From contig CALSPG010000006.1 of NCBI GenBank assembly GCA_943788175.1, positions 1 through 64,000 on the forward strand: a DNA stretch of 64,000 nt. The letters run 5' to 3'. The notes under the pieces are model-generated. The model searched no databases, was not told where the DNA came from, and saw only the letters and a list, made by a program, of their open reading frames with translations. The position numbers and the translations under genes were made by a program. Source of the stretch: an uncultured bacterium (GTDB lineage Bacteria; Fidelibacterota; Marinisomatia; Marinisomatales; UBA1611). Shown here one piece after another: positions 11,366 to 23,300 of the stretch (positions are counted from its first letter, which is position 1; every line of letters starts with the position of its first letter).

Positions 11366-12135
11366 CTATGAAGGTCTGTACAAGACTCTGTAACTGACCC
11401 CCAGTTTTGATTTAATATCTCTTTCCAATATTTTCAGCTTTTATTTTTGATTTATAGCTATTAACCCTTACGGCAAAAAATGTTTTTCCATTTGAATCCA
11501 CCTTATTAATTGATACATCGTGTCCAAGCTGCCTGACTTGCAATTTCAATCTCTTAGCATTTTCTTTACTACTAAAAGCACCGATTTGCACGACGTATGG
11601 ACCTTTATTTGATTTTTTCTTTTTAAAATCAAATACTTGGGAAAGTTTACGATTATCTTCATTTACATCGGCATCAATTGCTGGAAACATACTTTTTATG
11701 ATTAATCCATAATATTTTGCAGAATCTGCCTCACCAATTGCATTAAAACTATTAATCATTAAATCCGTCAATCTCTGCATTTCACTAAACCTAGGGTATT
11801 TTACAGGAATATTTTTTAAAAGATTTGCTGATTGAGTATATAAACCTCTTGCATAAAAATACTCACCTAACTTCATTGCTGCATCTGGAGCATATTTAGA
11901 TTCAGAATAATTTTTTATTATATTTTTATACTGATCTACGGCAGAGTTCACCATCTTTATTTAACAAAGCATTTAAATACAAAACACCAGGATCATTTGG
12001 ATATTTAGATATTAATTCAGGAAGACTTTCTAGCACACCTTTAGACTTACCCTCATTAATTAAAGATATATACAAATCTACATTTTGAGAATATAGGAAT
12101 GTTGAAAACACAAAAAACACAATAATCTTAAGCAT
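11366..12135 (-). CDS. Exported TPR + SPOR domain protein; frameshifted
   Basis: Signal MLKIIVFFVFSTFLYSQ, CpoB-like TPR (YSESKYAPDAAMKLG) and SPOR motif YVVQIGAFSSKENA. A one-base correction extends the C-terminus to ...VSYRVLYRPS. Confidence 0.75.
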
Positions 12136-13175
12136 CGTGTTTTTTAATCTTCTCAAGAATCTCATCAACATAATGACTAAGCTCTGAGGGTGTTTTTGTA
12201 AGCAACGATAATTTTAGTTTCATAAGCAGTACCGATATTGAAGGAGTATCTTTTTCAATAAATTGCTCAATAAGTGCAATTGCAGCTTTATTTTCACCTT
12301 TTTCATTAAGTACGTTTGCGAGCCTTTGCCCAGCATTTAACGTCGTCTTGGTTTTTATCAAGAACTTTTCTATAAAACTTCTCAACTTCACTATAGCGAC
12401 CTAAATCAAATAATGCAGTTTCTATATTATCAAACACACTAGAAGAATTACTTGGTTCTAGTTCCATATACTTTTCCCAATACTCAACAGCTTTAACTAA
12501 ATCTCTATTTAAGTGCATAATGTTCCCTAAATACTTGTAGGGTAATCCAAATTCTGGAGAATCACTAATAGCTTTTCTAAAAAGAATCTCAGCTTCTACA
12601 ATTTCCTTATTATTTAAATGCTTGACACCTTTTTCCACAGTATACTTAGATAAATTAATCAGACCTGAAAATGATTTTAATTTTTGCAATTCTTTTGCAA
12701 TTTTTTCAGCATACTCCCAGTCTTCTGTTTTTTCAGCTATAGAAAGCAAGAATGATGTCGCCCAAAGGTTTGATTTATCAATTTTTAAAACTTTTTCTGA
12801 TTCATTCTTAGCTTTTGACAATTCACCTGTCTTTTCATAATCTAATGCCAATGATTTTAAAATTTCAATTTTTGTTTCTTTTCTCAAATTAGGTCGGACC
12901 GTTAACATTTGATGAATTTTTGTAGCCCTATCTGGCTCTTCATCTCTTAGAAGATTACCTAATTGAAGATATGCATCAATATGATTAGAGTTTTTCTTTA
13001 CAACAGTACTTAGAAGAGATATTGCCTTATGCTTATCAGCTAAAAGCATAGCATTTAAAGCATCTGTATAAATATTATTTGTATGTTTTCTTTTTGAGGG
13101 TTTTAAGTAAAAATAAGCTAACCATATAGCAACTAAGACTAAAATGGATGCGAAAATAATGTAAGAAAGATGCAA
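12128..13175 (-). CDS. lapB: LapB-like TPR membrane protein; frameshifted
   Basis: N-terminal TM, AYLQLGNLLRDEEPDRATKIHQML (LapB signature) and TPRs. Lies directly downstream of a lapA-like gene. Confidence 0.75.
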
Positions 13176-13177
13176 TA

Positions 13178-13501
13178 TTAATAATCCTCACCCTCAACAT
13201 TATCATAAATACCTTCATCGATAGCAACATTCCTTAAGTCATTCAGTTCGTCAGTCAAAATCCTATTTTTATTTTGTAAGCTTTTAATTTGCGACTTATT
13301 GGAGATTATTATAAAAACTGCTGATAAAAATCCAGCAGCAACACCAAAGAGCAAATTAAATAGGAGAACAACATTTAAGAAAGCATCATTTAAACTATAA
13401 TTGAAGAAGAAAATATCTACTTTTTCATTTGAGTTTTGAGTCATGAAGACAATAATAATTAGATTGAAGATTATTAATAGAAAAATTTTTATTAAATGCA
13501 T
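13178..13501 (-). CDS. lapA: LapA-family inner membrane protein
   Basis: Two TMs with FMTQNSNEKVDIFF between them and a C-terminal coiled coil. The ATG at 13501 overlaps the end of miaB. Confidence 0.75.
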   Translation of the reverse strand: MHLIKIFLLIIFNLIIIVFMTQNSNEKVDIFFFNYSLNDAFLNVVLLFNLLFGVAAGFLSAVFIIISNKSQIKSLQNKNRILTDELNDLRNVAIDEGIYDNVEGEDY

Positions 13502-14832
13502 TAAGCGAGCCTTCACTTTTTTTGATATTTCTCCGTACAAAGTTATGCCTTTAGACTTAGTAATCAAAACAGGAACTATATCATTTACCTTAAAGTCTAA
13601 CTTGTCAAAAACTCACCCATTTATTAGAGTCTGTTCGTCCAGGCCCATTTGTTTTTGTTTCGCTTGCTTGTTTTCTCTATTAATATATTTTCAATATTTC
13701 CTACAAACTTTTTCGTTTCTAAGAGCTGTGTGTTGTTTTTGTAATTCAGCATGACCTGAGCTAATCTTTCTTGTTTTATTTTTTCCTCAAGATGGTCATC
13801 ATACTCTGTTGCTTTTGTGCCTTTTCTAGGAGAATATTTAAAAGTAAAAGCTGAATCAAAACATACTTCATTCATAAGGTTAATAGTATCATTAAAATCT
13901 TGTTCTGTTTCACCTGGAAACCCACAATTATATCTGTGCTTATTCCAACTCCAGGTAAAGTGTTTCTTATTTTATTTGAAAGTTTAATAAAATGCTCTCT
14001 TGTGTATGTCCGGTTCATTCTTTTAAGAATTTTATTAGAACCTGACTGAAGAGGTAAGTGAATGTAATTGCAAATATTATCGTGCTCATAGCATTACATC
14101 TAATAATTCCTGATTTACATCTTGAGGGTGAGGACTGGTATATCTTATTCTTTGAATACCCTCAACCTGCGCGACCGCATCTAATAATTCAGGAAACTTA
14201 GAGTTTTCATGATTATATGAATTTACATTTTGACCAAGTAAAGTAATCTCACTATACCCTTGACTCACAGCATTTTTAGCCTCATTTACAATTCCTTCAA
14301 TGCTACGACTACGCTCTCGACCTCTAGTAAAAGGAACAATGCAAAAGGTGCAAAATTTATCACAACCCCTCATAATCGTTACCCAGGCATTGACTCCATC
14401 TTTTCGACTGGGGAATAAGTCATCATAAACCTCATGTTTTGATAAAACCGTATCAACAGCACTTTTATGATCAAATTCGTGACGGCTAAGTATTTCAGGC
14501 AACCTTCTATATGAATCTGGCCCTAATACTATGTCAACATATGGTTTATTTTCTAATATATCATGCTTCATACTTTGAGCCATACAACCCAAAACTCCGA
14601 TAATCATTGAGGGGTTTTTTCGTTTTAGTAGGTTATACCTACCCAAAAGGGAATGGACTTTATCTTCAGCGTGTTCTCTTATTGAACAGGTGTTAACAAA
14701 CAATATATCAGCTTCATCAGGTTTTTCCACAGCATAGTGACCTTGCTCTTTTAAAAACGTCTCAACGAGTTCAGTATCTGACACATTCATTTGACAACCA
14801 TATGTCTGAATATGATATTTTTTATTCAACAA
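13500..14832 (-). CDS. miaB: tRNA-2-methylthio-N6-dimethylallyladenosine synthase; frameshifted in 3' half
   Basis: [19 protein letters not shown], radical SAM motif [17 protein letters not shown] and a C-terminal TRAM domain. Confidence 0.95.
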
Positions 14833-14850
14833 TCTTCTTATGAATTATTT

Positions 14851-15771
14851 CTAGTTTCGAGCCTGAGTAAAAAAGAAGTCACTAGGGTTTTTCGGAGTTC
14901 CTCGATAGTGGACTTCGTAATGTAGGTGAGGAGCAGTAGATCTTCCTGTATTACCAGTTTCTCCGATAATATCACCTCTTTTTATTTTTTGACCATGCCT
15001 AACAAATATTTTTGATAAATGCGCAAAAGTTGTTGTATAACCTGATGAGTGACCGAGTTTAACGTGATTTCCAAATCCACCAATATAATATGCTCTTTTA
15101 ACAACACCATCAGCGGGAGCAAATATTGGTGTTCCTAAAGGAACTGAAAAATCTTGGCCTTGGTGAAAACGACGAACATTATCAATGGGATCTTGTCTAT
15201 ACCCAAAGCTAGAATTAAGGAAGCCTCCACTTACAGGTCTAATAGAGGGAATATGCCTAATACGATCTATGTCACCCCTCACTTTTTCATAAATAGTTTC
15301 ATAACTAGCTAATTCAAAATTTACTTGCCTAGATAATTTTTCAATATCTAAGTGTAAATCAGATATTTCTCTGCCGATTACTGGAGCCAAATTATTTAAT
15401 ATTTTTGATTCTTCGTGGGACGCTCCACCAACACCTAATTTTCTAATATCTTTATCAACTTCCGGCATACCAGCATACAAGCGAACAGCTTTGTCTTTAT
15501 CTTCAATATCTAAAATCTGTTGATCAAGCTCTTTGAGCCTAGATTGAATTACATCAATATTATCTGATACAGCATTGTAGCTAGATTTAAATTCTTTAAG
15601 TCTTTTATCATATAGAGCACTACTAATATAGTCTGCACCTATTAATAATACAGAACTCAAAACTACCAAACACACTAAAACCAACCCAATAACTTGGGAA
15701 TAGCTAAAATGAAACTGATTTATATTATCTTCTGATTCAGAATGAAGAATATATTTTTTATTTAAAAACAT
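14851..15771 (-). CDS. M23 family peptidoglycan endopeptidase
   Basis: TM plus coiled coil, then HQGQD and GNTGRSTAPHLHYEV motifs. Confidence 0.92.
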   Translation of the reverse strand: MFLNKKYILHSESEDNINQFHFSYSQVIGLVLVCLVVLSSVLLIGADYISSALYDKRLKEFKSSYNAVSDNIDVIQSRLKELDQQILDIEDKDKAVRLYAGMPEVDKDIRKLGVGGASHEESKILNNLAPVIGREISDLHLDIEKLSRQVNFELASYETIYEKVRGDIDRIRHIPSIRPVSGGFLNSSFGYRQDPIDNVRRFHQGQDFSVPLGTPIFAPADGVVKRAYYIGGFGNHVKLGHSSGYTTTFAHLSKIFVRHGQKIKRGDIIGETGNTGRSTAPHLHYEVHYRGTPKNPSDFFFTQARN

Positions 15772-15848
15772 TTTTATATTATGAAAATCAATAATTACAA
15801 ATTCATCTATATTACATAAAATTTTTACTACTTACCAAATGCTTTATC

Positions 15849-16253
15849 TTACTCTTCTTCTTGCAAAGAATTTTCGATTTGAGCATCTAAATTCATTTCT
15901 ATATCACTATCATTGATGCCATATTCTTTTTTAATATTAATTATCTCTATTTCTTTATTAGCAATATCATTTGACAAGCTATCAACCTCTTCTACGAGAC
16001 CAAAGAATTCTTTATTTGCAGTAAAATTAGCCATATTATTATTCTTGGTTTTTTCAAAAACTAGCCTGCCTAATTTTTCATAAATTTTTGTTTTATCTTT
16101 TTGAACTTGCGAAATATCATATTTTAACTTTGAAATTTTGGTGAACTCTTCTCCTTTTGCAACAGCAACCCTACTTATTTCTTCTGCCTTTTCAACAGCA
16201 GAGGCACCCCACTCTTTCATATTGTCTTTTAAATCGTCCCAAAGCTTATTCAT
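15849..16253 (-). CDS. Hypothetical helical/coiled-coil protein
   Basis: 134-aa ORF with an AGGA RBS, in operon orientation. Confidence 0.75.
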   Translation of the reverse strand: MNKLWDDLKDNMKEWGASAVEKAEEISRVAVAKGEEFTKISKLKYDISQVQKDKTKIYEKLGRLVFEKTKNNNMANFTANKEFFGLVEEVDSLSNDIANKEIEIINIKKEYGINDSDIEMNLDAQIENSLQEEE

Positions 16254-16312
16254 TCTATATATTTTCCTAAATTATTAATTTATTTGACTTTGCAAACTTA
16301 ATCCTACTGACA

Positions 16313-17902
16313 CTAATTATTAATACCAATTTGCTTTACATATTTTATTTCTTCAATATCTTTTAGTAAATCTATTATTGCTTTTTTTAAAGGACTATCT
16401 AGCCTAATAACTCCAAGCGCTAGTTTATCATTATTCCCCTGACTCAGTAAATAAGCACCAATATTAATGCTGTTCTGTCCAAGCAATGTACCTACTTTAC
16501 CAATGACACCTGGAACATCATCATTTTTAATAAGTAAAAGAGTATCACTTAAATTGACTTCCATTTTGTAACCCATTAAGTTGACCAGACGAGGAAAGTT
16601 ATCATCAAATACACTACCATCTAAAGTAATGTTTTCAGCTGAAATCACTTCTGCACTAATTAAATTTGCATAATTAGAATCTAATGTTGTGTAATTCATC
16701 GAGACTTCGATACCTAGTTCCTTTGCAATTGCTTCAGCATTTATAAAATTTACTCTGTCTGGCACTCTTTCTGTTAATAAGTTCTTGAGAAATGATAAAG
16801 CGATTGGTTTAATTTGATTTAACTCCCCGAAACAATTAATAGAAACCTTTTTTATCGGGCCATCAGAAATTTGACTATGAATCGAACCAAGGTTTCCAGC
16901 TAAATCCAAAAAAGGAGAAAGCGCTTTAAAGTCAGAAGAGTTTTGGATGGGAAAATTGACAGCATTTTCCAATGATTGATCAACTAAATAGTTTTTGACT
17001 TGTCTACATATAGTTGTACTTACACCAGCCTTAGCTTCTATTGTTGAACCACCTAAATGAGGAGTAAGAATTAAGTTTGGCGATTTAAGCAAAGGGTTGT
17101 TTTTTGAAATTGGCTCTTGTCTAAATACGTCAATGGCAGCTCCAGCAATTATTTCTTCATTAAGAGCTTTAGCCAAGTCTTCTTCATTTATAATTCCTCC
17201 TCTAGCTACATTTATTATCCTTGCCTCTTTTTTCATTTTTGATAACATCTTGTAGTCAAAAAGATTCTCAGTATTTGCTGTTAAAGGAATGTGGACAGTA
17301 ATAAAATCTGATTTTTCAACTAATTCATCTAATTCAAGCAATTTAATTTCATCAGATTGAAACAAATCCTCTCTAATGAAAGGATCAAAGCCTATAATTT
17401 CCATGCCAAACCCCTGAGCTCGCTGCATTACTTCTCTTCCTATCTTACCTAGGCCCACTATTCCTAGAGTTTTATTTCTAATTTCTGAACCAACGAACTT
17501 GTGCCTGTCCCAATTCCCGGCTAATAAAGATTGATGCCCGATACTTACATTCCTTGATAGTGATAATAGCAAAGCTAATGTATGTTCCGCAGCGCTGATG
17601 GTATTAGCATCGGGAGTATTCATTACTACAACGCCTTTCCTGGTCGCAGCAGAAATATCAATGTTGTCGATACCAACTCCAGCTCTACCAATAACTGATA
17701 ACGAATCCGCTTTTTTAATAATGCTTGCGTCAAGGGTAGTACCACTTCTGATTACCCACCCATTTGCTGATGCTATGTGCTCATAATTTTCATCGATTTC
17801 AATGTTTGTAGCATCGATAATTTCAATATCGTTTTGTTTAAAAATATCCAACCCTTCATCAGAAATCGGGTCAGAAACAATCACTTTTATTTTTAAACTC
17901 AT
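16313..17902 (-). CDS. serA: D-3-phosphoglycerate dehydrogenase with C-terminal ACT domain
   Basis: GRAGVGIDNID, GLGKIG, INVARGG, TPHLGGST, and ACT motif NDDVPGVIG. Confidence 0.95.
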   Translation of the reverse strand: MSLKIKVIVSDPISDEGLDIFKQNDIEIIDATNIEIDENYEHIASANGWVIRSGTTLDASIIKKADSLSVIGRAGVGIDNIDISAATRKGVVVMNTPDANTISAAEHTLALLLSLSRNVSIGHQSLLAGNWDRHKFVGSEIRNKTLGIVGLGKIGREVMQRAQGFGMEIIGFDPFIREDLFQSDEIKLLELDELVEKSDFITVHIPLTANTENLFDYKMLSKMKKEARIINVARGGIINEEDLAKALNEEIIAGAAIDVFRQEPISKNNPLLKSPNLILTPHLGGSTIEAKAGVSTTICRQVKNYLVDQSLENAVNFPIQNSSDFKALSPFLDLAGNLGSIHSQISDGPIKKVSINCFGELNQIKPIALSFLKNLLTERVPDRVNFINAEAIAKELGIEVSMNYTTLDSNYANLISAEVISAENITLDGSVFDDNFPRLVNLMGYKMEVNLSDTLLLIKNDDVPGVIGKVGTLLGQNSINIGAYLLSQGNNDKLALGVIRLDSPLKKAIIDLLKDIEEIKYVKQIGINN

Positions 17903-17905
17903 TAT

Positions 17906-20176
17906 CTACGACATTGACTGATTAGATCGAATTAAGTTTAGTGCAGAACCTGCCTTAAACCAATTAATCTGGGCTTCATTAAAGGTATGGTTGCATAAAA
18001 TAATTTCAGAGCTACTATTTTTATGAACCAATTCAACTTCTATTTGTTTTCCGGGATAAAATAAATCTAAATCAATAAAATTAAAAGTGTCATCCTCTTC
18101 AATTTTATCGTAGTCTAGTTTATTTTCAAATGTTAAAGCAAGCATTCCTTGCTTCTTCAAATTTGTTTCATGGATGCGAGCAAATGACTTCACCAGAACT
18201 GCTATTACACCTAGATGCCTAGGCTCCATTGCAGCGTGTTCTCTTGAAGAGCCTTCTCCATAGTTTTCATCACCTACAACAATGGAACCAACATTTTTAG
18301 ATTTATAGTATCTAGCTGATGCAGGAACCTCTTCATATTTATCACTAATTTGATTTTTCACAAAGTTAGTTTCATTATTAAAATAGTTGGTTGCTCCAGT
18401 GAGAAGATTGTTTGATATATTATCTAAGTGTCCTCTGTAAAAAAGCCATGGACCCGCCATAGAAATATGATCTGTTGTGCATTTTCCTTTTGCTTTAATT
18501 AATAGTTTTACATTCTTTATATTTTTACCGCTCCAAGGTTCAAAAGGCTGCAACAATTGCAACCGCTTAGAATTTTGGTCAATCTTAATTTCGATATTAT
18601 TCCCATCAAATTCAGATGGGTCTAAAAAGCCATTATCCTCAACATCAAAACCAGCAACTGGAAGTTCTTCCCCAAATGGCTCATCTAGAAAGACCTCAAC
18701 GCCATCATCACTTAAAAGACTATCTTTGAGAGGGTTAAAATTTAAATTTCCGGCAATTGCCATCGCAGTAACAATTTCTGGAGAAGCTACGAAGCCATGA
18801 GTATTGGGGTTTCCGTCAGCTCTTTTGGCAAAATTCCTATTAAAAGACGTAATAATTGAGTTTTTTTCATTTTTATCAGCTCCTTTTCTGTCCCATTGAC
18901 CAATACAGGGTCCACAAGCATTAGCCAAAACAGTACCACCAATTTTTATAAAAGCATCTAAATAACCATCTCTTTCTACAGTGTATCGAACTTGCTCTGA
19001 ACCAGGTGTTACTGTAAAGTCAGATTTGACAGATATATTTTTATTTTCCGCTTGCTTTGCAATAGAAGCTGCTCTGCTCAAATCTTCGTAAGACGAGTTA
19101 GTGCATGAGCCAATTAAGCCAACATCTAACTTTAAAGGCCAACCTTCAGATTTGGCTGTTTCACTTAGTTTAGATATCGGAGTGGCTAAATCTGGAGTAA
19201 ATGGACCATTTACATGCGGCTCAAGATCACTCAAATTAATTTCGATTACCTCATCGTAAAAATCTTCAGGAGAATTATAAACTTCAGAATCAGCAGAAAG
19301 ATGTTGCTTAATTTCATCTGCAAGTTCAGCTAGTTCTGTTCTGGAAGTAGATTTAAGATAGTTCGACATTTTACTATCGTAAGGGAAAATTGATGTCGTC
19401 GCACCAATTTCCGCACCCATGTTACAAATCGTTCCTTTTCCTGTACAAGAAATTGAATCAGCACCCTCACCAAAATACTCTACAATAGAACCAGTCCCGC
19501 CCTTTACTGTAAGTAAACCAGCCAATTTTAAAATAACATCCTTTGGCGATGTCCACCCACTCATTTTTCCTGTCAATCGTACGCCAATTAATTTGGGGAA
19601 TTTAAGCTCCCAAGGCATTCCAACCATCACATCTACAGCATCAGCACCACCAACACCAATTGCGACCATACCGAGCCCGCCAGCATTAACAGTATGACTA
19701 TCAGTACCAATCATCATCCCACCAGGAAACGCATAATTTTCTAAAACCACTTGATGAATAATACCAGCACCGGGCTCCCAAAAACCTATCCCATACTTTT
19801 TCGAAACTGATTCTAAAAAATCATAGACTTCTGAATTTGAATCTTTCGCTCGGCTCAAATCTTGGTCTGCGCCAATTTTTGCTTGAATCAAATGGTCACA
19901 ATGTACAGTTGAGGGAACGGCTACTTTCTTTTTACCCGCCATCATAAACTGTAAGAGAGCCATTTGAGCTGTTGCATCTTGCATCGCTACGCGATCCGGA
20001 TTAAAGTCAATATAGGAAGAGCCCCTTACTGCTTTTTCAATATGGTCTATTGAATCTAGGTGCCCAAACAATACTTTTTCACTAAAAGTAAGGGGCCTAT
20101 CTAGTTTCTTTTTTGCAATAGAAACTCTATCAGTATAGACTTCATAAAAATTTTTGATTATTTCTAAATCGAACAT
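17906..20176 (-). CDS. acnA: Aconitate hydratase (mitochondrial/Bacteroidota-type)
   Basis: [42 protein letters not shown] and GSSREHAA; 756 aa. Confidence 0.95.
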   Translation of the reverse strand: MFDLEIIKNFYEVYTDRVSIAKKKLDRPLTFSEKVLFGHLDSIDHIEKAVRGSSYIDFNPDRVAMQDATAQMALLQFMMAGKKKVAVPSTVHCDHLIQAKIGADQDLSRAKDSNSEVYDFLESVSKKYGIGFWEPGAGIIHQVVLENYAFPGGMMIGTDSHTVNAGGLGMVAIGVGGADAVDVMVGMPWELKFPKLIGVRLTGKMSGWTSPKDVILKLAGLLTVKGGTGSIVEYFGEGADSISCTGKGTICNMGAEIGATTSIFPYDSKMSNYLKSTSRTELAELADEIKQHLSADSEVYNSPEDFYDEVIEINLSDLEPHVNGPFTPDLATPISKLSETAKSEGWPLKLDVGLIGSCTNSSYEDLSRAASIAKQAENKNISVKSDFTVTPGSEQVRYTVERDGYLDAFIKIGGTVLANACGPCIGQWDRKGADKNEKNSIITSFNRNFAKRADGNPNTHGFVASPEIVTAMAIAGNLNFNPLKDSLLSDDGVEVFLDEPFGEELPVAGFDVEDNGFLDPSEFDGNNIEIKIDQNSKRLQLLQPFEPWSGKNIKNVKLLIKAKGKCTTDHISMAGPWLFYRGHLDNISNNLLTGATNYFNNETNFVKNQISDKYEEVPASARYYKSKNVGSIVVGDENYGEGSSREHAAMEPRHLGVIAVLVKSFARIHETNLKKQGMLALTFENKLDYDKIEEDDTFNFIDLDLFYPGKQIEVELVHKNSSSEIILCNHTFNEAQINWFKAGSALNLIRSNQSMS

Positions 20177-20302
20177 AAGCTATAATATATTTTTGGTTAG
20201 TTTTGGAACATTAAACGGATAAAATCATTAAATTAATACGGTCAAAAGATAATCTTTTTTTCTTTTTATAACAAAGCTTCTTAACGAAATGAAAAACACT
20301 AA

Positions 20303-23300
20303 TTGAGACTACTTAAAAAATCATCTGTTTTATCATTTATTATTTTTAATCTAATTTTTTCGAAACATAATATTGAGATTATAAATAATTCAGAATCAGT
20401 TCTCACCATAAAACTTAGTAATTCAGCAAAAACGCAGGCAGATCTTTTTGTAAATCATATTTTCGTAGGTCTCCCAGATAAAAAACTACCAAATATTGAA
20501 CTGCTTTCAGCTCAAATATCTAATTCCACTTTCCCCTTAGAGCCTCAAATTGGAAAAACATACGACTGGATTGGTGTGCAAAAACACAAGAATTTAAATG
20601 TCGGTATTTTAAAAATTAATCCCATCATAAACAGCAATAGCTATTACAAAGAAATTATTTTAAAAGTAAGCTTTTCTTCATCTCGCTCAGTTTTTCGACA
20701 ATCAGATAATAATGAGAAAAAAACACTTTCAAATAAAATTATCAATTGGGATATTGCGAAAAATTGGTTTTTAGAAAATGAAGTTAGGCCTCGAATCAAC
20801 ATCGCTAATAGTGAAAGCGGCGATTGGATTATCTTTGATGTTAAGACAGATGGTATAAAACATCTTTCTTACAATCAATTAAAAAGAATTTACATGGCAT
20901 TAGACGATCAAGACCCAAGGACTATATCAATTTACACCAATCCAACTGTCGGACGAGCTAAGAGCCAAGAAACGAACGTATCAATTCAAGAAAACTTAAT
21001 TGAATTGCCTATATTATTCATCGGCGAAGAAGATGGTGCTTTTGATCCCGGTGATAAGATAATTTTTTATGCTCAGGGGCCCTCAGGTTTTGACATTAAT
21101 CAAAATTTAGTAAAATGGTCGCAAAACTTATATTTTAATAATAGTAAATACTGGCTATTCATACCAGACGACAGCACAATTATAGGTAAACGAATTTCAG
21201 TAACTACTGACCCGAATCAAATTGAACTAACACTTGATTATGGAATATCTTACATGCAAAAAGAAATTGATTTGGTTAATCCTGCTCTTTCAGGTTTAAA
21301 ATGGTATGGCCCAACAATTAAAAATGGGAGCACACAAATAATCTCCACAAATACACCAAATGGAAAATTAGAAGTTGATAGTTATGTTGAATTAAAAATT
21401 AAAGGAAATTCATTAAGCGGGTCACCAAGCACCTATCATAGTGTTGAATTATATGCAAATATGATAAATCAAAATAAAATCGGCAATACTATTTCGTGGT
21501 CAGGCAGTGGCGAAAGAACGATTTCAGGTACGATACCGAGTCAGTATCTAAATCAAATAAATAATAACTTTTTTGTAAGTAATTTGAGCTCCGATAACAA
21601 TTCTTCACCGCTAATCGACTATCTATATTTTCGATATGGAAGAAAACTAATTTTCAATTCAAAAACCCTTGAGTTTTTTTCACCAATACAAAATACTGGA
21701 TTGCGCTTTAGTTTTTTGAATGAACTATCAGAAGACTGCCTAGCTTTTGACATATCCTCCCCTCATGCTCCCAAACAAATTAAAATTAAAAGCGATAATA
21801 AAATTGAAGTCCAAAGTCCAGAGAACAGCATAGGCAGATATATTATTTTCAATAAAAACGCAGTTGATTCTGTTGATAATTTAGTACACCATGGAAACAT
21901 TACATTTTCCAAACTTAGAAACTTTTCTTCTAGAGCTAATTATATAATCATTGGTCCTGAACAATTCGCAGGAACCGCCCAACCATTGGTTAATTTACGT
22001 CAGCCCGCTGTCTACGCTAATCTTGAGGATATATACATTGAGTTTTCTGGCGGTAATAAAGACCCTATGGCAATTAGGAGCTTTTTACAATGGACTCAAG
22101 AAAATTGGGCTTCTCCAGCGCCTATCCACTTGCTTTTGCTTGGTGATGCTGGCTATGATTATAGAGATATAAATGGTTTGTCAGCTATAGTAGTACCCAC
22201 TATTCAAGTTCAATCCTTTATTAGCTATCCTTCTGACGATAGATTAGCAACAATCTATGGTAATATTCCTGAACTTAGTATTGGTCGATTTCCAGCAAAA
22301 AATATTTCACAAGTAGAAGATTTTATAAAAAAGATTGAATATATCGAATCAAATAATAACTTCGGGCCGTGGAGACAAAAAGTAACTTTAATTGCCGATG
22401 ACCCTGCCAGGCCCGAACCGAACCATGGTGGAATAGCTACTGGAAAGAGCCACACATTAAACTCTGAGAGTTTATATGAAATAATACCCTCAAAAATTAA
22501 TGTTGATAAAATATATATGCTTGAATATCCTGAGGTAAGTGATGGTTCAGCGTATGGCGTTACAAAGCCAGATGCAACTGAAGCAGTCTACAATGCTTTA
22601 AAAAATGGCACGGGGATAATAAACTACATAGGCCACGGTTCAGCATTCCAATTAGCTCAAGAAAAACTGCTTTATTTAAATAGGGGTGATTTGGAAAAAA
22701 TAAAAACAAATAAAAAACTACCATTGTGGATTGTTGGAACATGTTCTTTCGGTCACTTCGATGACCCTCTTGCAGAGTCATTTGGAGAAGAACTGATTAG
22801 ATATCCTATGGATGCAGCATCTGCAGTTATTTCGACATGCCGGCCAATAACTGTGACAGGAAATGAAAGGTACACACAAGATATTTTTGAAAACTTATTC
22901 CCAAATGGTCAAGTAACTGAAACAACCGTAGGAATCTGTTTGCAGTCAATAAAAAACGGATCAAGTGAGAGTGAATATTTTCATTTGTTTGGTGACCCTG
23001 CCCTAAAAATACCTATATCTTTCAATAGTTTTGAAAATGCCACGGTAGAGCCAGAAACACTAAAAACGCTTGGAACTGGAGTTATAAAGTTTAATCAAGA
23101 TTTAATAAAATATAATGGCGCGGGTACTATCCTATTAAAAGATGCAAATCGAAATGTCACTAGGACATACGACATAGCATCCAGCGCTCAGACCTTGTCT
23201 TATGAGCTTCCTGGTGCGACGCTGTTTCGAGGAAACTTCAGTTTTTCAAATGAAGAAAATTCAATTCAAATAAGAGTTCCTCAGGATATTTCTTATTCAG

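Noticed and set aside
13443-13754. Short antisense or overlapping track ORFs (this one and many similar ones inside dcw, suc and fab genes)
   Set aside because: They are shadows of well-supported genes and have no recognisable motifs.
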